The notes below the pieces were generated by a model. The model saw only the letters and a program-made list of their open reading frames with translations, made no database searches and was not told the origin of the DNA. From an uncultured Pelagibacteraceae bacterium (GTDB taxonomy: Bacteria > Pseudomonadota > Alphaproteobacteria > Pelagibacterales > Pelagibacteraceae): a stretch of DNA of 60,489 nt. A program made the position numbers and the translations under genes. This document shows, one piece after another, positions 18,328-29,084 of the stretch. The stretch is from positions 1 to 60,489 of the forward strand of contig CACBDD010000001.1 of the NCBI GenBank assembly GCA_902537905.1, in the 5' to 3' direction. Position 1 is the first letter of the stretch. Each line of letters starts with the position of its first letter.

Positions 18328-19938
18328 ATGGAAATCTTTGATTATATAATTCTTGGTGGGGGATCAGCTGGTTGTGTTCTGGCAAATAGACTGTCTGCAA
18401 ATCCTAAAAATAAAGTTTTACTTCTTGAAGCTGGTGGTAAAGATACTTATCCATGGATCCATATTCCAGTTGGTTACTTTAAAACAATGCATAATCCAAA
18501 AGTAGATTGGTGTTTTAAAACTGAACCTGATGAAAAAATGAATAATAGATCGATTAGATATCCAAGAGGTAAAACACTTGGAGGAAGTTCCTCTATCAAT
18601 GGCCTTTTGTGGATAAGAGGACAAAGTGAGGATTATAATATTTGGCGCCAGTTAGGTAATACAGGCTGGGGTTGGAATGATGTTCTGCCATATTTTTTAA
18701 AATCAGAAAATAATGAATTAGGTAAAGGTGAGTTTCACAATGACAGTGGTCCAATTACAGTAGCAAATAAAAAAATTAATTTAAAGCTACTTGATGAATT
18801 TCAAAATGCTGCTGAAGAATATGGAATACCAAAAACAAATGATTTTAATACTGGAGATAATACTGGTGTAGGTTTTTTTCAATTTACAACAAGTTTTAAT
18901 AAAACTGGTTTAAAGTTAAGATGTAGTGCTGCAAAAGGATATTTAAATCCAGTAAAAAAGAGGTCAAATCTAAAGATTGTTGTAAAAGCTCACGTACAAA
19001 AAATAAATTTTGAAGGAAAGAAAGCTATTGGCGCTAGCTATTATAAAGGTGATAAGCTTGTTGAAGTAAAAGCTAATAAAGAAATAATTTTATCTGCTGG
19101 CGCTATTGGTTCGCCCCATATTCTTCAAGTATCAGGCATAGGAAATAAAGAAAAACTAAAAAAACTTGGTATTAATATAGTGCATGAGTCTAATGGTGTA
19201 GGAATGAATTTGCAGGATCATTTAATGTTTAGGCCAGTTTACAAAGTTAAAAATTTAAAATCTTTAAATAGAAAAGTTGAAAGTTTATTTGGTAGGTTTA
19301 TGATGGGACTTGAGTATATTTTTAACCAAAGTGGGCCTGTTACTATGGGTGCAAGTCAGGTTTGTGGTTTTGTTAAAAGCGATCCATCTAGAGCAACTCC
19401 AAATTTACAGTTTCACGTTTCACCAGTAAGTACTGATATATTAGGAGTAACCCCTATGCATGATTTTGAGGGAATAACTCCTACTGTCGCAAATATTAGA
19501 CCCACAAGCCGAGGTGAAATAAATATAGTTAGCTCTGACAGTCGAGTTTATCCAAAAATTAAAATGAATTATTTATCAACTGACGATGACAGAAAAGTTG
19601 CAGCAACTGGTTTAAAAATAATTCGTAAAATTATGCTAGAGACAGAGACTTTTAAAAAATATGAACCAGAAGAATATAGACCAGGTGTTCATATAACTGA
19701 TGATGAGGAATTAGTAAAAGAAGGTTCAAATTTTACTCAGACAATATTTCACCCCGTTGGAACGTGTAAAATGGGTCAGGATGAAATGTCAGTTGTTGAT
19801 GAAAAACTAAAAGTAAGAGGTATTGATAATCTTAGGGTAATAGATGCCTCTATAATGCCCAATATAACCTCTGGAAACACTAATGCACCTACAATAATGA
19901 TTGCAGAAAAAGGTGCTGACATGATACTAGAGCATTAA
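18328..19938 (+). CDS. GMC-family FAD oxidoreductase (choline dehydrogenase-like; possibly IseJ-type isethionate dehydrogenase)
   Basis: GGGSAG, RGKTLGGSSSING, NLQDH, HPVGTCKMG and GNTNAP. Substrate is inferred from context only. Confidence 0.88.
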   Translation: MEIFDYIILGGGSAGCVLANRLSANPKNKVLLLEAGGKDTYPWIHIPVGYFKTMHNPKVDWCFKTEPDEKMNNRSIRYPRGKTLGGSSSINGLLWIRGQSEDYNIWRQLGNTGWGWNDVLPYFLKSENNELGKGEFHNDSGPITVANKKINLKLLDEFQNAAEEYGIPKTNDFNTGDNTGVGFFQFTTSFNKTGLKLRCSAAKGYLNPVKKRSNLKIVVKAHVQKINFEGKKAIGASYYKGDKLVEVKANKEIILSAGAIGSPHILQVSGIGNKEKLKKLGINIVHESNGVGMNLQDHLMFRPVYKVKNLKSLNRKVESLFGRFMMGLEYIFNQSGPVTMGASQVCGFVKSDPSRATPNLQFHVSPVSTDILGVTPMHDFEGITPTVANIRPTSRGEINIVSSDSRVYPKIKMNYLSTDDDRKVAATGLKIIRKIMLETETFKKYEPEEYRPGVHITDDEELVKEGSNFTQTIFHPVGTCKMGQDEMSVVDEKLKVRGIDNLRVIDASIMPNITSGNTNAPTIMIAEKGADMILEH

Positions 19939-20531
19939 TGTTTGCAGAATATTTTACACCAGAACAGATTGCTATTTTAACTCAAATTATTTTTATAGAT
20001 TTAGTTCTAGCTGGTGACAATGCCATTATAATTGGAATGGTAGCTTCAAAATTTCCAATAGAGCAAAGAAAGAAGGTTATATTTTGGGGTATTGGTGGTG
20101 CAGTAATATTAAGAATTATACTAACGTTACTAACAGCTTATTTGTTACAAATTACTGGACTAAGACTTATTGGCGGAATTTTACTTCTTTATATTGTTTA
20201 CAAACTGTATGTTGATGTAATTAAAGGATCAGATTCAGAAGAAGACATAAAAGTAGATAACTCGAGCTTTTTAAAAGCTATTTGGACTGTGTTACTTGCT
20301 GATTTTACTATGAGTTTAGATAATGTCTTAGGTGTGGCTGGTGCTGCGGGAGATCATTATGGACTACTTGTGTTTGGATTAGTTCTATCGATCGTTTTAA
20401 TGGCAACTGCTGCAACATTAATTTCTGGATGGATAAAAAAATACAAATGGATTGCGTGGGTTGGATTATTAGCAATATTAATAGTAGCTGTTGAGTTGAT
20501 TTATACAGATATTAAAATAATATTGTTTTAA
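19938..20531 (+). CDS. TerC/YjbE-family membrane protein
   Basis: IDLVLAGDNAIIIG and ADFTMSLDNVLGVAGAA motifs. Confidence 0.9.
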   Translation: MFAEYFTPEQIAILTQIIFIDLVLAGDNAIIIGMVASKFPIEQRKKVIFWGIGGAVILRIILTLLTAYLLQITGLRLIGGILLLYIVYKLYVDVIKGSDSEEDIKVDNSSFLKAIWTVLLADFTMSLDNVLGVAGAAGDHYGLLVFGLVLSIVLMATAATLISGWIKKYKWIAWVGLLAILIVAVELIYTDIKIILF

Positions 20532-21289
20532 TGTATCTTCAAAAAATTAATCTTAAAAATAAATACGCGCTAGTTACTGGTGCTGGCAAAGGACTTGGAA
20601 GAGCTTGTTCTATTGCACTGGCAGAAGCTGGTGCAATTGTTATAGCATTAAGCAGAACACCCTCTGATTTAATCAAATTAGAAAAAGATATTAAAAAGAT
20701 TAAAGGTAAAGTAATTAAAGTTCCTTGTGATGTAATGAATTATGAAGAGCTAAAAACAAAATTAGAAAAAATCAAAATTATTGATGTCTTAGTAAACAAT
20801 GCGGGAACTAATATCCCTGAGCCTTTTGAAAAAATTAAACAAACAAGCATGAACTATTTGGTAGATTTAAATCTAAAAGGTGCATTTAACGTTGCTCAAT
20901 TAGTTGTAAAAAAAATGCTTAAAAATAAAAAAAGACCTGGCTCTATTATTAATATGTCTTCCCAATTAGGTCATGTTGGTATGGGTGGGAGAAATGTTTA
21001 CAATATGACTAAATTTGGAATTGAAGGTTTAACAAAAGGTATGGGTGTAGAATTAGCAAAAAGAAATATAAGAGTTAATACCGTTGCTCCCACATTTGTT
21101 GAAACACCAATGGTCAAAAACTTCTTTAAAAATAAAAAATTCAAAAAACTAGCCCTTGGAAAAATTCCAATGGGAAAAGCAGCAACTGAAAGTGATGTAG
21201 CAACAACAGTTTGTTTCTTGGCCTCATCTGCTTCCTCAATGATAACTGGAACATCAATTATAATAGATGGTGGATGGACAGCTCAGTAA
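20531..21289 (+). CDS. SDR oxidoreductase, HpsO-like
   Basis: TGAGKGLG, NNAG and YNMTK. The segment SSQLGHVG...R.VY..TK..IEG.TK...IRVNTVAPTFVETP resembles recalled HpsO sequences (not verified). Confidence 0.8.
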   Translation: MYLQKINLKNKYALVTGAGKGLGRACSIALAEAGAIVIALSRTPSDLIKLEKDIKKIKGKVIKVPCDVMNYEELKTKLEKIKIIDVLVNNAGTNIPEPFEKIKQTSMNYLVDLNLKGAFNVAQLVVKKMLKNKKRPGSIINMSSQLGHVGMGGRNVYNMTKFGIEGLTKGMGVELAKRNIRVNTVAPTFVETPMVKNFFKNKKFKKLALGKIPMGKAATESDVATTVCFLASSASSMITGTSIIIDGGWTAQ

Positions 21290-22077
21290 TAAATAGATTT
21301 TTTCTAATATTTTTCTTTTTTTTTTCAACTGCAAACGCAATAGAATTTCAAGGTAAATTCTTACAAGGTCATTTTATTTTAGGAAAAACAAACCCTAATG
21401 CTAAAATAATTGTTGGAAAAAAACAAGTAAGGGTATCAAAGGATGGTTTTTTCGTTTTTGGTATTGATAGAGATCGAAAATATGATCTTACTTTTACAAA
21501 AATTTTTGGTGAAAAAAAAACCACAATAACAAAAAAAGTTTTAAAAAGAAAATACAACATTCAAAGAATAGATGGCCTGGAAGAAAGCAAAGTAACGCCA
21601 CCTGAGTCAGTATATAAAAGAATAAAAAAAGAAAATAATGCAATTGGTGAAGCAAGAGCAATTAATTCTGAATTACAGTTTTTTAAACAAAAATTTATAA
21701 TGCCTGTTGAAGGTATAATTAGCGGTGTTTATGGTAGTCAAAGAATTTTAAATGGTAAACCTAGATGGCCACATTATGGAATTGATATAGCAGCAAAACA
21801 AGGAACAATGATTAAATCATCTGGCTCAGGAAAAGTTACAATGGCTGAAGATGATTTATATTATACCGGCGGTACAGTAATTATGGATCACGGTCATGGT
21901 ATATCAACAATATATTCACATTTAGAAAATGTTTTAGTTTCTGTGGGAGATTTAATTAATCAAGGAGATATTATTGGAACAGTAGGATCGACTGGAAGAT
22001 CGACAGGACCTCATCTTGATTTTAGAATTAATTGGTTTCAAACTAGATTAGATCCAATGTCTGTTTTGGAAAATTAA
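21274..22077 (+). CDS. M23-family metallopeptidase
   Basis: HYGID (HxxxD) and GRSTGPHL motifs; signal peptide from ATG 21274. Confidence 0.88.
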   Translation: MDSSVINRFFLIFFFFFSTANAIEFQGKFLQGHFILGKTNPNAKIIVGKKQVRVSKDGFFVFGIDRDRKYDLTFTKIFGEKKTTITKKVLKRKYNIQRIDGLEESKVTPPESVYKRIKKENNAIGEARAINSELQFFKQKFIMPVEGIISGVYGSQRILNGKPRWPHYGIDIAAKQGTMIKSSGSGKVTMAEDDLYYTGGTVIMDHGHGISTIYSHLENVLVSVGDLINQGDIIGTVGSTGRSTGPHLDFRINWFQTRLDPMSVLEN

Positions 22078-22673
22078 TAAAAAAACATCCAAATACCAAC
22101 AAGGATTAATATAAATCCACCAATTTGATTTAAAATTTTTAAATATTTTGATGCTATGATTTCTCTAAACTTACCGAATACAAAAGCATATGAGCTATCA
22201 AATATTGTAGCTACAATTATAAAGACTATTCCAAAATAAATTATCTGATAGCTGACTGGTTCATCTATATTAATAAATTGAGGAATAAATGCACCGAGGA
22301 ATAAAAAGATTTTTGGATTAGTTAAAATCACTATTAATCCTTGGAGAAAATATTTTTTTTCAAATTTAGTTACTTGAGTTTTGTTTAAATCAATATCTGA
22401 CTTAATTGTAATTACTCCAAGTGAAATTAAATAAATCGCGCCTAAAATTCTTACATATTTAATTATCACTTCTAGAAAAGGAGAAACTATCTCAAATCCA
22501 AGTGCTAATAAAAGCAACAAAATTAAAACACCAACTTGTGTACCAAAAACATTTAATAACCCTGCTTTTAAACCAGATTTTAAAGAATTAGCAATTATCA
22601 GACTAACAGTAGGTCCTGGTACTATCACTATTAAAATACTTGCTATAACAAAATATAGTAATACAAAATCCAT
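22074..22673 (-). CDS. LysE/RhtB-family exporter
   Basis: PGP, GAIYLISLG and NPK..LF..AFIPQF motifs. Confidence 0.9.
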   Translation of the reverse strand: MDFVLLYFVIASILIVIVPGPTVSLIIANSLKSGLKAGLLNVFGTQVGVLILLLLLALGFEIVSPFLEVIIKYVRILGAIYLISLGVITIKSDIDLNKTQVTKFEKKYFLQGLIVILTNPKIFLFLGAFIPQFINIDEPVSYQIIYFGIVFIIVATIFDSSYAFVFGKFREIIASKYLKILNQIGGFILILVGIWMFFY

Positions 22674-22723
22674 ATCAGTCTGAATTAATCAATAACAACT
22701 TGAAAGAAAAATAAAATAAAAAA

Positions 22724-23584
22724 ATGAAATTTAAATCAAAAGAAACACTAGGAATTATTTTTGCAATAATTGCTTATTTTTCATTTTCAATTCTTGATGC
22801 AGTTCAAAAAACTGCAGTAATTCACTATTCTATATTTCAATTGTTATTTATTAAATATACTTTTGTACTTTTGCTAAGCATGATAGAGGCAAAAAGAGCT
22901 AACAATACTAATTTTTATAGATCTAATAATTTAAAACTTCAAATAACAAGAAGCCTGCTATCAATTTTAGAGTCTGGATTTTTTGTTTTATCTTTTAAAC
23001 ATTTGTCTTTAGCAAATGCGCATAGCATAGGTGCACTTGCACCAATAATTATAGTTGCTTTGTCTGTATTTATTTTAAATGAGAGAGTATCAATCAAAAC
23101 TTGGATAGCAATATTTATAGGTTTTATTGGAGTTTTGATTATTATTAGACCTGCATCTGATGTATTTAGTGTAAATTCTTTTATCCCTTTGTTAGCAGCT
23201 TTTTTTCTAGGTCTTTATCAAGTAGCAACAAAAAAAATAACTGAATATGATGCTCCTGAAGTATCCTTGTTCTACTCTTCTTTAGTTGGGATTATTATAA
23301 CTTCAATAATGGCATTTAATTTTTGGCAACCTATTGATTTAAATTCTTTATATTTCTTTGTGCCAATTGGTTTATTTTTTTCATTAGGTATATACTTTCA
23401 AATATTAGCACTCAAAAACGCAAGAGCTAGCATAATTCAACCCTTCCATTATACTTTAATATTTTGGGCAATAATTTTTGGATTTTTCTTTTATGATGAT
23501 GTTCCAGATTTATTTACTATTATAGGAGCAATAATAATTACAACTTCAGGAATATTTGTTATAAATCAAACTTCAAAAAAATAA
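22724..23584 (+). CDS. DMT/EamA-family transporter
   Basis: 10 TM helices; ILNERV, IIIRP and ASIIQPFHY. Confidence 0.85.
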   Translation: MKFKSKETLGIIFAIIAYFSFSILDAVQKTAVIHYSIFQLLFIKYTFVLLLSMIEAKRANNTNFYRSNNLKLQITRSLLSILESGFFVLSFKHLSLANAHSIGALAPIIIVALSVFILNERVSIKTWIAIFIGFIGVLIIIRPASDVFSVNSFIPLLAAFFLGLYQVATKKITEYDAPEVSLFYSSLVGIIITSIMAFNFWQPIDLNSLYFFVPIGLFFSLGIYFQILALKNARASIIQPFHYTLIFWAIIFGFFFYDDVPDLFTIIGAIIITTSGIFVINQTSKK

Positions 23585-23597
23585 TTTTAAAACTTAT

Positions 23598-24374
23598 ATG
23601 ACAAAAACACTTAAAGAAAAATTTTCAGATAAATTAGTAAATGCTTTTCTAAAAAACAAAATCATTTCTCCAATACCTAGTAAATTTACAAAAAAACTTA
23701 CTGAAGCAGACAAATTTAGAAAATTGTGTGAAAGCAAAATTAAAGATCCCATAATAGGTTTTAAAGCTGGTGGAACAGGTATTCCATTAATGAAAAAACT
23801 AAAAGAAAAAGAACCTTTTATTGCATCTGTTTTTAAAAAAAACTTAATAAAAAGCGGTAAGAAAGTAAAAATAAATAAATATACTTTAGGTATTGAGGTT
23901 GAAGTTTGTTATTTAATCAAAAAAAATTTTTTCTCCTCTAAAGGCAAGATAACCAAAAATAATGTATCTAAATATATATCGCACATGGCGCCTTGTATAG
24001 AAGTAGTTGGATATAGACAAAAAAGAATAGGTATTACTTCCTTTGGAGATTTAAGCAGTGACTTTGGAGGTAATATTAAATTTTTAATAGGTCAAAAGAA
24101 AAAATTTAAAAAAATTAATATAGGTAATTTAAAAACAAATATTGCAAATAAAAAAGCTAATCAAAGTGTAGACGGAAACACAAGTGCAGTTTATGTTAAC
24201 CCAATAAACTCTTTAAGATTTATTTTGAATAAAGTTAAGAAAGATAAAATTAATTTAGACAAAGATTTTTATGTTTTTACAGGATCTACAGTTGGGGTTG
24301 TGCCTATAGTTAAAAAAGGAATACATTCTGCTAAAATTGAAAAACTTGGATCTGTAAAAGCAAATATTATTTAA
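23598..24374 (+). CDS. Fumarylacetoacetate hydrolase/2-keto-4-pentenoate hydratase family
   Basis: GFKAG, IEVEV, CIEVV, SDFGGN and TGS motifs. Confidence 0.7.
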   Translation: MTKTLKEKFSDKLVNAFLKNKIISPIPSKFTKKLTEADKFRKLCESKIKDPIIGFKAGGTGIPLMKKLKEKEPFIASVFKKNLIKSGKKVKINKYTLGIEVEVCYLIKKNFFSSKGKITKNNVSKYISHMAPCIEVVGYRQKRIGITSFGDLSSDFGGNIKFLIGQKKKFKKINIGNLKTNIANKKANQSVDGNTSAVYVNPINSLRFILNKVKKDKINLDKDFYVFTGSTVGVVPIVKKGIHSAKIEKLGSVKANII

Positions 24375-25675
24375 ATTTCAGATCTTGCTCTTAAACGTTC
24401 GTAAATTAATCTTGTTTTTATTCCTAAATTTAAAAAAGGTTGAGGTGGTAACCAAGTAGGTTTGTTTCTTGCTTCAATTGTTTTTATTTCACTTGAATTT
24501 TCATTAATTGCTTTAAGTGCAATTTGTTCACCAAATAAAGTTCCTACGCCAATACCTGATCCGTTATAACAACCTACAGCAAAAATATTACTATCAATTT
24601 TTTCAAATATTTGAGAGCTATTCCTTGTTCTTGATACAATTCCAGACCAAGATGATTTAATTATATCATTGGGTAATTGAGGAAATCTTTTTTGTATTCC
24701 AATTTTCTGACTTATAGATCTTTTTTCAAGAATTTTTTTAGACATATTAAATGGACTGTGAACTTCGGCTGTATTTCTTATTAAAATTCTTCTATCTTTT
24801 GTCATTCTAATTGTGGCGCCCATTGGCCTTACAGGTAGTACTCCCCACTCTTTTGGTTCTCCGATAGATTTAAATTCTTCATCAGATAATCTTCTTGTCA
24901 TGCTGGCAGTTAAAGTAATAGGAAAATTATAATTTGATTTTATACCTAATGATTTCATAAAACCATTCGTAGCAAAAATAATGTTTTTTGTTTTAATTGT
25001 TCCGTTTTTGAAATTACAATAAATAAAATCTTTATTTTTAGACCAATTTAATAAACAAGAATTTTCATACAAATAAACATTGGAAGGTAACGCATCAACC
25101 ATTGCCCTAACTAATTTTCCTGGATGTAGTAAAATACCACCCTTTGTATAAAGTCCAATATTATAAAAATAAGTACCTAATCTTTCAGATAACTCCTTAT
25201 TTCCTAATATACTATGTTCAAATCCTAGTTTGGATAATGTGTTAGAAAAATTTTCTAAAATTTTTTTATCTTCAATTTTTGAGGAAGCAAAATATTTTCC
25301 ACTTTCATTCCAATCACAATCTACTTGGTGTTCTTTAATAAATTTTTTTACTACGTCTATTCCTAATGAATAAATATCAGCTTTCTTTTTATAATTTTCC
25401 AATTCTTTATTTGATGTAAAACCATCATTCAAAGTTGTATCAACCAAATAACCTGAATTTCTACCACTAGCGCCCTCACCTGCTAGTTGAGCATCTGCTA
25501 GTATAATTTTTAAATTTGAATTTATTTGAGCTAATTTTCTTGCAGCAGACAGACCTGTATAACCAGCTCCTATTATTAACCAATCACACTCATCGTTTGT
25601 TAAAAGGGAATTAATGTTTGTTCTTGGATTAAGGTCATTAATCCAACTACAGTTATTATCGTTAGTCACTTCCAT
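24371..25675 (-). CDS. FAD-dependent oxidoreductase, DAO/PuuB/OrdL family
   Basis: GAGYTGLSAA, GASGRNSG, HPGKL, WSG and CYNGSG motifs. Confidence 0.85.
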   Translation of the reverse strand: MEVTNDNNCSWINDLNPRTNINSLLTNDECDWLIIGAGYTGLSAARKLAQINSNLKIILADAQLAGEGASGRNSGYLVDTTLNDGFTSNKELENYKKKADIYSLGIDVVKKFIKEHQVDCDWNESGKYFASSKIEDKKILENFSNTLSKLGFEHSILGNKELSERLGTYFYNIGLYTKGGILLHPGKLVRAMVDALPSNVYLYENSCLLNWSKNKDFIYCNFKNGTIKTKNIIFATNGFMKSLGIKSNYNFPITLTASMTRRLSDEEFKSIGEPKEWGVLPVRPMGATIRMTKDRRILIRNTAEVHSPFNMSKKILEKRSISQKIGIQKRFPQLPNDIIKSSWSGIVSRTRNSSQIFEKIDSNIFAVGCYNGSGIGVGTLFGEQIALKAINENSSEIKTIEARNKPTWLPPQPFLNLGIKTRLIYERLRARSEI

Positions 25676-25714
25676 GAAGTGACTTTACGATAATTGATAA
25701 ATTTTTAAAAGATT

Positions 25715-27499
25715 TTAAGAGTTTAATGAAGGTTGTTTCTTCATATCTGCTTTGTTGATACCAGCAACTCTTACCGGTTTCTTCATCGCATCTCTTCTAA
25801 ATGGTTCTCCAAGCTCTTGGTTTAGAATTACTTCTATAAATGTTGTAATTCCTTTCTTTTGATCTTCACAAGATTGCTTGATTGCATTTGTTGTTTCTTC
25901 CATTGTTCTAACAGTTACACCTTTTAAGCCACATGCATCAGCAACTTTGGCATAACTTAATTCAGGGTCTAGCTCAGTTCCAACAAAATTATTATCAAAC
26001 CATAGAGTAGTATTTCTTTTCTCTGCTCCCCATTGATAGTTTCTGAAAATTACCATAGTAATTGCAGGCCATTCCTCCCTAGCACATGAACTCATTTCAT
26101 TCATGCTGATACCAAAAGCTCCGTCACCAGCAAAACCAATCACTGGAGTATCAGGACAACCAATTTTAGCACCTAGTATAGATGGAAACCCATAACCACA
26201 AGGTCCAAATAAACCTGGAGCTAAATATTTTCTTGGTTTTTCAAAAGTAGGATAAGCATTTCCTATTGCACAGTTATTTCCAATATCACTTGAAATAATT
26301 ACATCATCAGGCATACCAGATTGAATTGCTCTCCAAGCTTGTCTTGGTGACATTCTATCCGCATCTCTTTCTCTAGCTTCTTTATTCCAAACTGTTCCTT
26401 CATCATCATCTTCGTGATCTAAACTTGAAAGTTTTTGTAACCACGCTGATTTTGTTTGATGAATTAAATCTTTTCTAGCTTGTCTATCGGTATCTCCTGC
26501 GTTTGAAGATAGTTTTGCTAAAATTTGCTCAGCAACTAGTTTTGCATCACCACTTATTCCAACAGTTACTTTTTTAGTCAAACCAATTCTATCAGGATTA
26601 ATATCTACCTGAATAATGTTTGCATTCTTCGGCCAATAATCAATTCCATATCCTGGTAGAGTTGAAAATGGATTTAGTCTTGTACCTAGTGCTAAAACAA
26701 CATCTGCTTTTGAAATTAATTCCATTGCAGCTTTAGAACCATTATAACCTAAAGGTCCTACTGCTAGTGGGTGACTTCCTGGAAAACTATCGTTATGTTG
26801 ATAACCAGAACATACTGGTGCGTCTAATTTTTCAGCAAGATTTTTAGTAGCATCAATAGCTCCACCAATAACAACACCCGCACCTGAAAGTATTACTGGA
26901 AATTTTGCATTAGATAATAAATCAGCAGCTTTAGAAACAGCATCGTTACCTCCACCTTGTCTTTCTAATCTTACAATTGGTGGTAAATCAATATCAATAA
27001 CCTGGCACCAATAATCTCTAGGAACATTTATTTGTGCAGGAGCTGAACCTCTTATAGCTTTTTCAATTACTCGATTAAGAACTTCTGCCATTCTTGATGG
27101 ATCTCTAACTTCTTCTTGATAACAAACCATATCTTTAAAAAGGTTCATTTGTTCAACTTCTTGAAAACCACCTTGGCCCATAGTTTTATTTGCAGCTTGT
27201 GGTGTTACCAACAATAGAGGAGTATGGTTCCAATATGCAGTTTTAATAGGAGTTACTAGTCCTGTTATTCCTGGTCCATTTTGTGCAATGACCATGGACA
27301 TTTTACCAGTAGCCCTAGTGTAACCATCAGCAATTAAACCACCATTTGTTTCATGAGCAACATCCCAAAATGTAATTCCTGCATCAGGGAAAATATCTGA
27401 AATTGGCATAAACGCTGAACCAATAATTCCAAAAGCGTGCTCAATTCCATGCATTTGTAAAACTTTTACAAAAGCTTCTTCTGTTGTCATTTTTGTCAT
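25715..27499 (-). CDS. xsc: Sulfoacetaldehyde acetyltransferase (ThDP)
   Basis: MTTEEAFVKVLQMHGIEHAFGIIGSA, TAYWNHTP, GDGAFG...NYQWGAEKRN and EPFRRDAM are characteristic of Xsc. Confidence 0.95.
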   Translation of the reverse strand: MTKMTTEEAFVKVLQMHGIEHAFGIIGSAFMPISDIFPDAGITFWDVAHETNGGLIADGYTRATGKMSMVIAQNGPGITGLVTPIKTAYWNHTPLLLVTPQAANKTMGQGGFQEVEQMNLFKDMVCYQEEVRDPSRMAEVLNRVIEKAIRGSAPAQINVPRDYWCQVIDIDLPPIVRLERQGGGNDAVSKAADLLSNAKFPVILSGAGVVIGGAIDATKNLAEKLDAPVCSGYQHNDSFPGSHPLAVGPLGYNGSKAAMELISKADVVLALGTRLNPFSTLPGYGIDYWPKNANIIQVDINPDRIGLTKKVTVGISGDAKLVAEQILAKLSSNAGDTDRQARKDLIHQTKSAWLQKLSSLDHEDDDEGTVWNKEARERDADRMSPRQAWRAIQSGMPDDVIISSDIGNNCAIGNAYPTFEKPRKYLAPGLFGPCGYGFPSILGAKIGCPDTPVIGFAGDGAFGISMNEMSSCAREEWPAITMVIFRNYQWGAEKRNTTLWFDNNFVGTELDPELSYAKVADACGLKGVTVRTMEETTNAIKQSCEDQKKGITTFIEVILNQELGEPFRRDAMKKPVRVAGINKADMKKQPSLNS

Positions 27500-27612
27500 A
27501 AAACTAGAACCTCTCTAAAGTGTAAATTTATTAATTTTTTATAATTCGTTTGTTAATTTTTGCGATTAATATATAAGAATTTACAAATTTCAAACAAACA
27601 AATCGACACGAT

Positions 27613-27897
27613 ATGGCAACAGATATAATTATTCATGATAAAAAAGACAACGTTGGAGTAGTTGTTATTGAAAAAATCACTCCAAAACAAGACTGTGCAT
27701 GCTGGATAATGGAAGATGACAGTTCAACAAATATTCAATCATTAGATGAAATCCCATTAGGTCATAAAATAGCTATGGTTGACCTTAATGAAGGAGATAC
27801 AATTCTTAAATATGGTCACGATATTGGTAAAGTAGTTAAATCAATTAAAAAAGGTGAACATGTTCATGTTCACAATGTTAAAACAAAGAAATGGTAG
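27613..27897 (+). CDS. suyA: Sulfolactate sulfo-lyase alpha subunit (SAF domain, UxaA N-terminal)
   Basis: [25 protein letters not shown] and [14 protein letters not shown]. Confidence 0.85.
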   Translation: MATDIIIHDKKDNVGVVVIEKITPKQDCACWIMEDDSSTNIQSLDEIPLGHKIAMVDLNEGDTILKYGHDIGKVVKSIKKGEHVHVHNVKTKKW

Positions 27898-27901
27898 TTT
27901 T

Positions 27902-29068
27902 ATGGAAATTCCAAAAAGTTTTTTAGGTTACAAAAGAGAAAACGGCAGAGCCGGAACAAGAAATCATGTAATAATTTTACCAGTAGATGATATTTCAAAC
28001 GCATGTGCTGAAGCTGTCGCAAACAATATTAAAGGAACTATAGCTCTACCTCATTCTTATGGAAGACTACAATTTGGAGCAGACTTAGAATTGCACTTCA
28101 GAACGATGATTGGAACTGGCTGTAACCCGAATGTTGCTGCTGTAATCGTCATTGGTATTGAGCCTAAATGGACAAAAAAAATTGTAGATGGTATTGCGAA
28201 AACTGGAAAACCTGTTGAGGGTTTCCACATTGAAAGAACTGGTGACATTGGTACTACAATGAAAGCATCAAAAAAAGCACAAGAATTTGTAATGTGGGCC
28301 TCAGAAAAACAAAGAGAAGAGTGTCCAATGAGTGACCTTTGGATTTCAGTAAAATGTGGTGAGTCTGATACGACATCTGGTTTAGCTGCAAACCCAACTG
28401 TTGGAAATTTAATGGATAAATTAGAACCATTAGGAGTTCACTTATGTTTTGGTGAAACATCTGAATTAACTGGTGCAGAACAAGTTTGTGCAACTAGAGG
28501 TGCAACAAAAGAAGCTTCTGAAAAGTTTATGAAAACTTGGAGTTCTTATAATGATTTTATATTAAAAGAGGCAACTGATGATCTTTCTGAAAGTCAGCCG
28601 ACAGCTGGAAATATAGCTGGGGGATTGACTACAATTGAAGAAAAAGCCTTTGGAAATTTTCAAAAAATTGGAAATTGCAAATTTATTGATGTACTTGAAC
28701 CAGCTGAAGAGCCCACTAAAGGAAAAGGTTTATATTTTATGGATACTTCTTCTGCGGCTGCAGAATGTGTAACACTTCAAGCAGCAGCAGGATTTAATAT
28801 ACATTTGTTTCCAACAGGCCAAGGAAATATTGTAGGAAATCCAATTGAACCAGTTGTTAAATTAACTGCAAACCCACTTACTGTTAAAGGCATGGGTGAA
28901 CATATTGACTGTGATGTTTCTAAAATTTTATCAAGAGAAATGAATTTATCACAAGCAGGTGATGAGCTAATTAAAACAACTTTAAGAGTTGCTAACGGAA
29001 GATTAACTTGTGCAGAAGCTTTAGGTCATAGAGAATTTGTAATGACTAAGCTTTATAGAAGTGCTTGA
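27902..29068 (+). CDS. suyB: Sulfolactate sulfo-lyase beta subunit (UxaA family)
   Basis: [32 protein letters not shown] and [13 protein letters not shown]; likely ATG at 27902; divergent from xsc. Confidence 0.87.
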   Translation: MEIPKSFLGYKRENGRAGTRNHVIILPVDDISNACAEAVANNIKGTIALPHSYGRLQFGADLELHFRTMIGTGCNPNVAAVIVIGIEPKWTKKIVDGIAKTGKPVEGFHIERTGDIGTTMKASKKAQEFVMWASEKQREECPMSDLWISVKCGESDTTSGLAANPTVGNLMDKLEPLGVHLCFGETSELTGAEQVCATRGATKEASEKFMKTWSSYNDFILKEATDDLSESQPTAGNIAGGLTTIEEKAFGNFQKIGNCKFIDVLEPAEEPTKGKGLYFMDTSSAAAECVTLQAAAGFNIHLFPTGQGNIVGNPIEPVVKLTANPLTVKGMGEHIDCDVSKILSREMNLSQAGDELIKTTLRVANGRLTCAEALGHREFVMTKLYRSA

Positions 29069-29084
29069 TTAAAAAACACTAATT

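Noticed and set aside
18328-19938. Calling the GMC oxidoreductase betA
   Set aside because: No bet gene context, and GMC motifs alone do not define the substrate; left unnamed.
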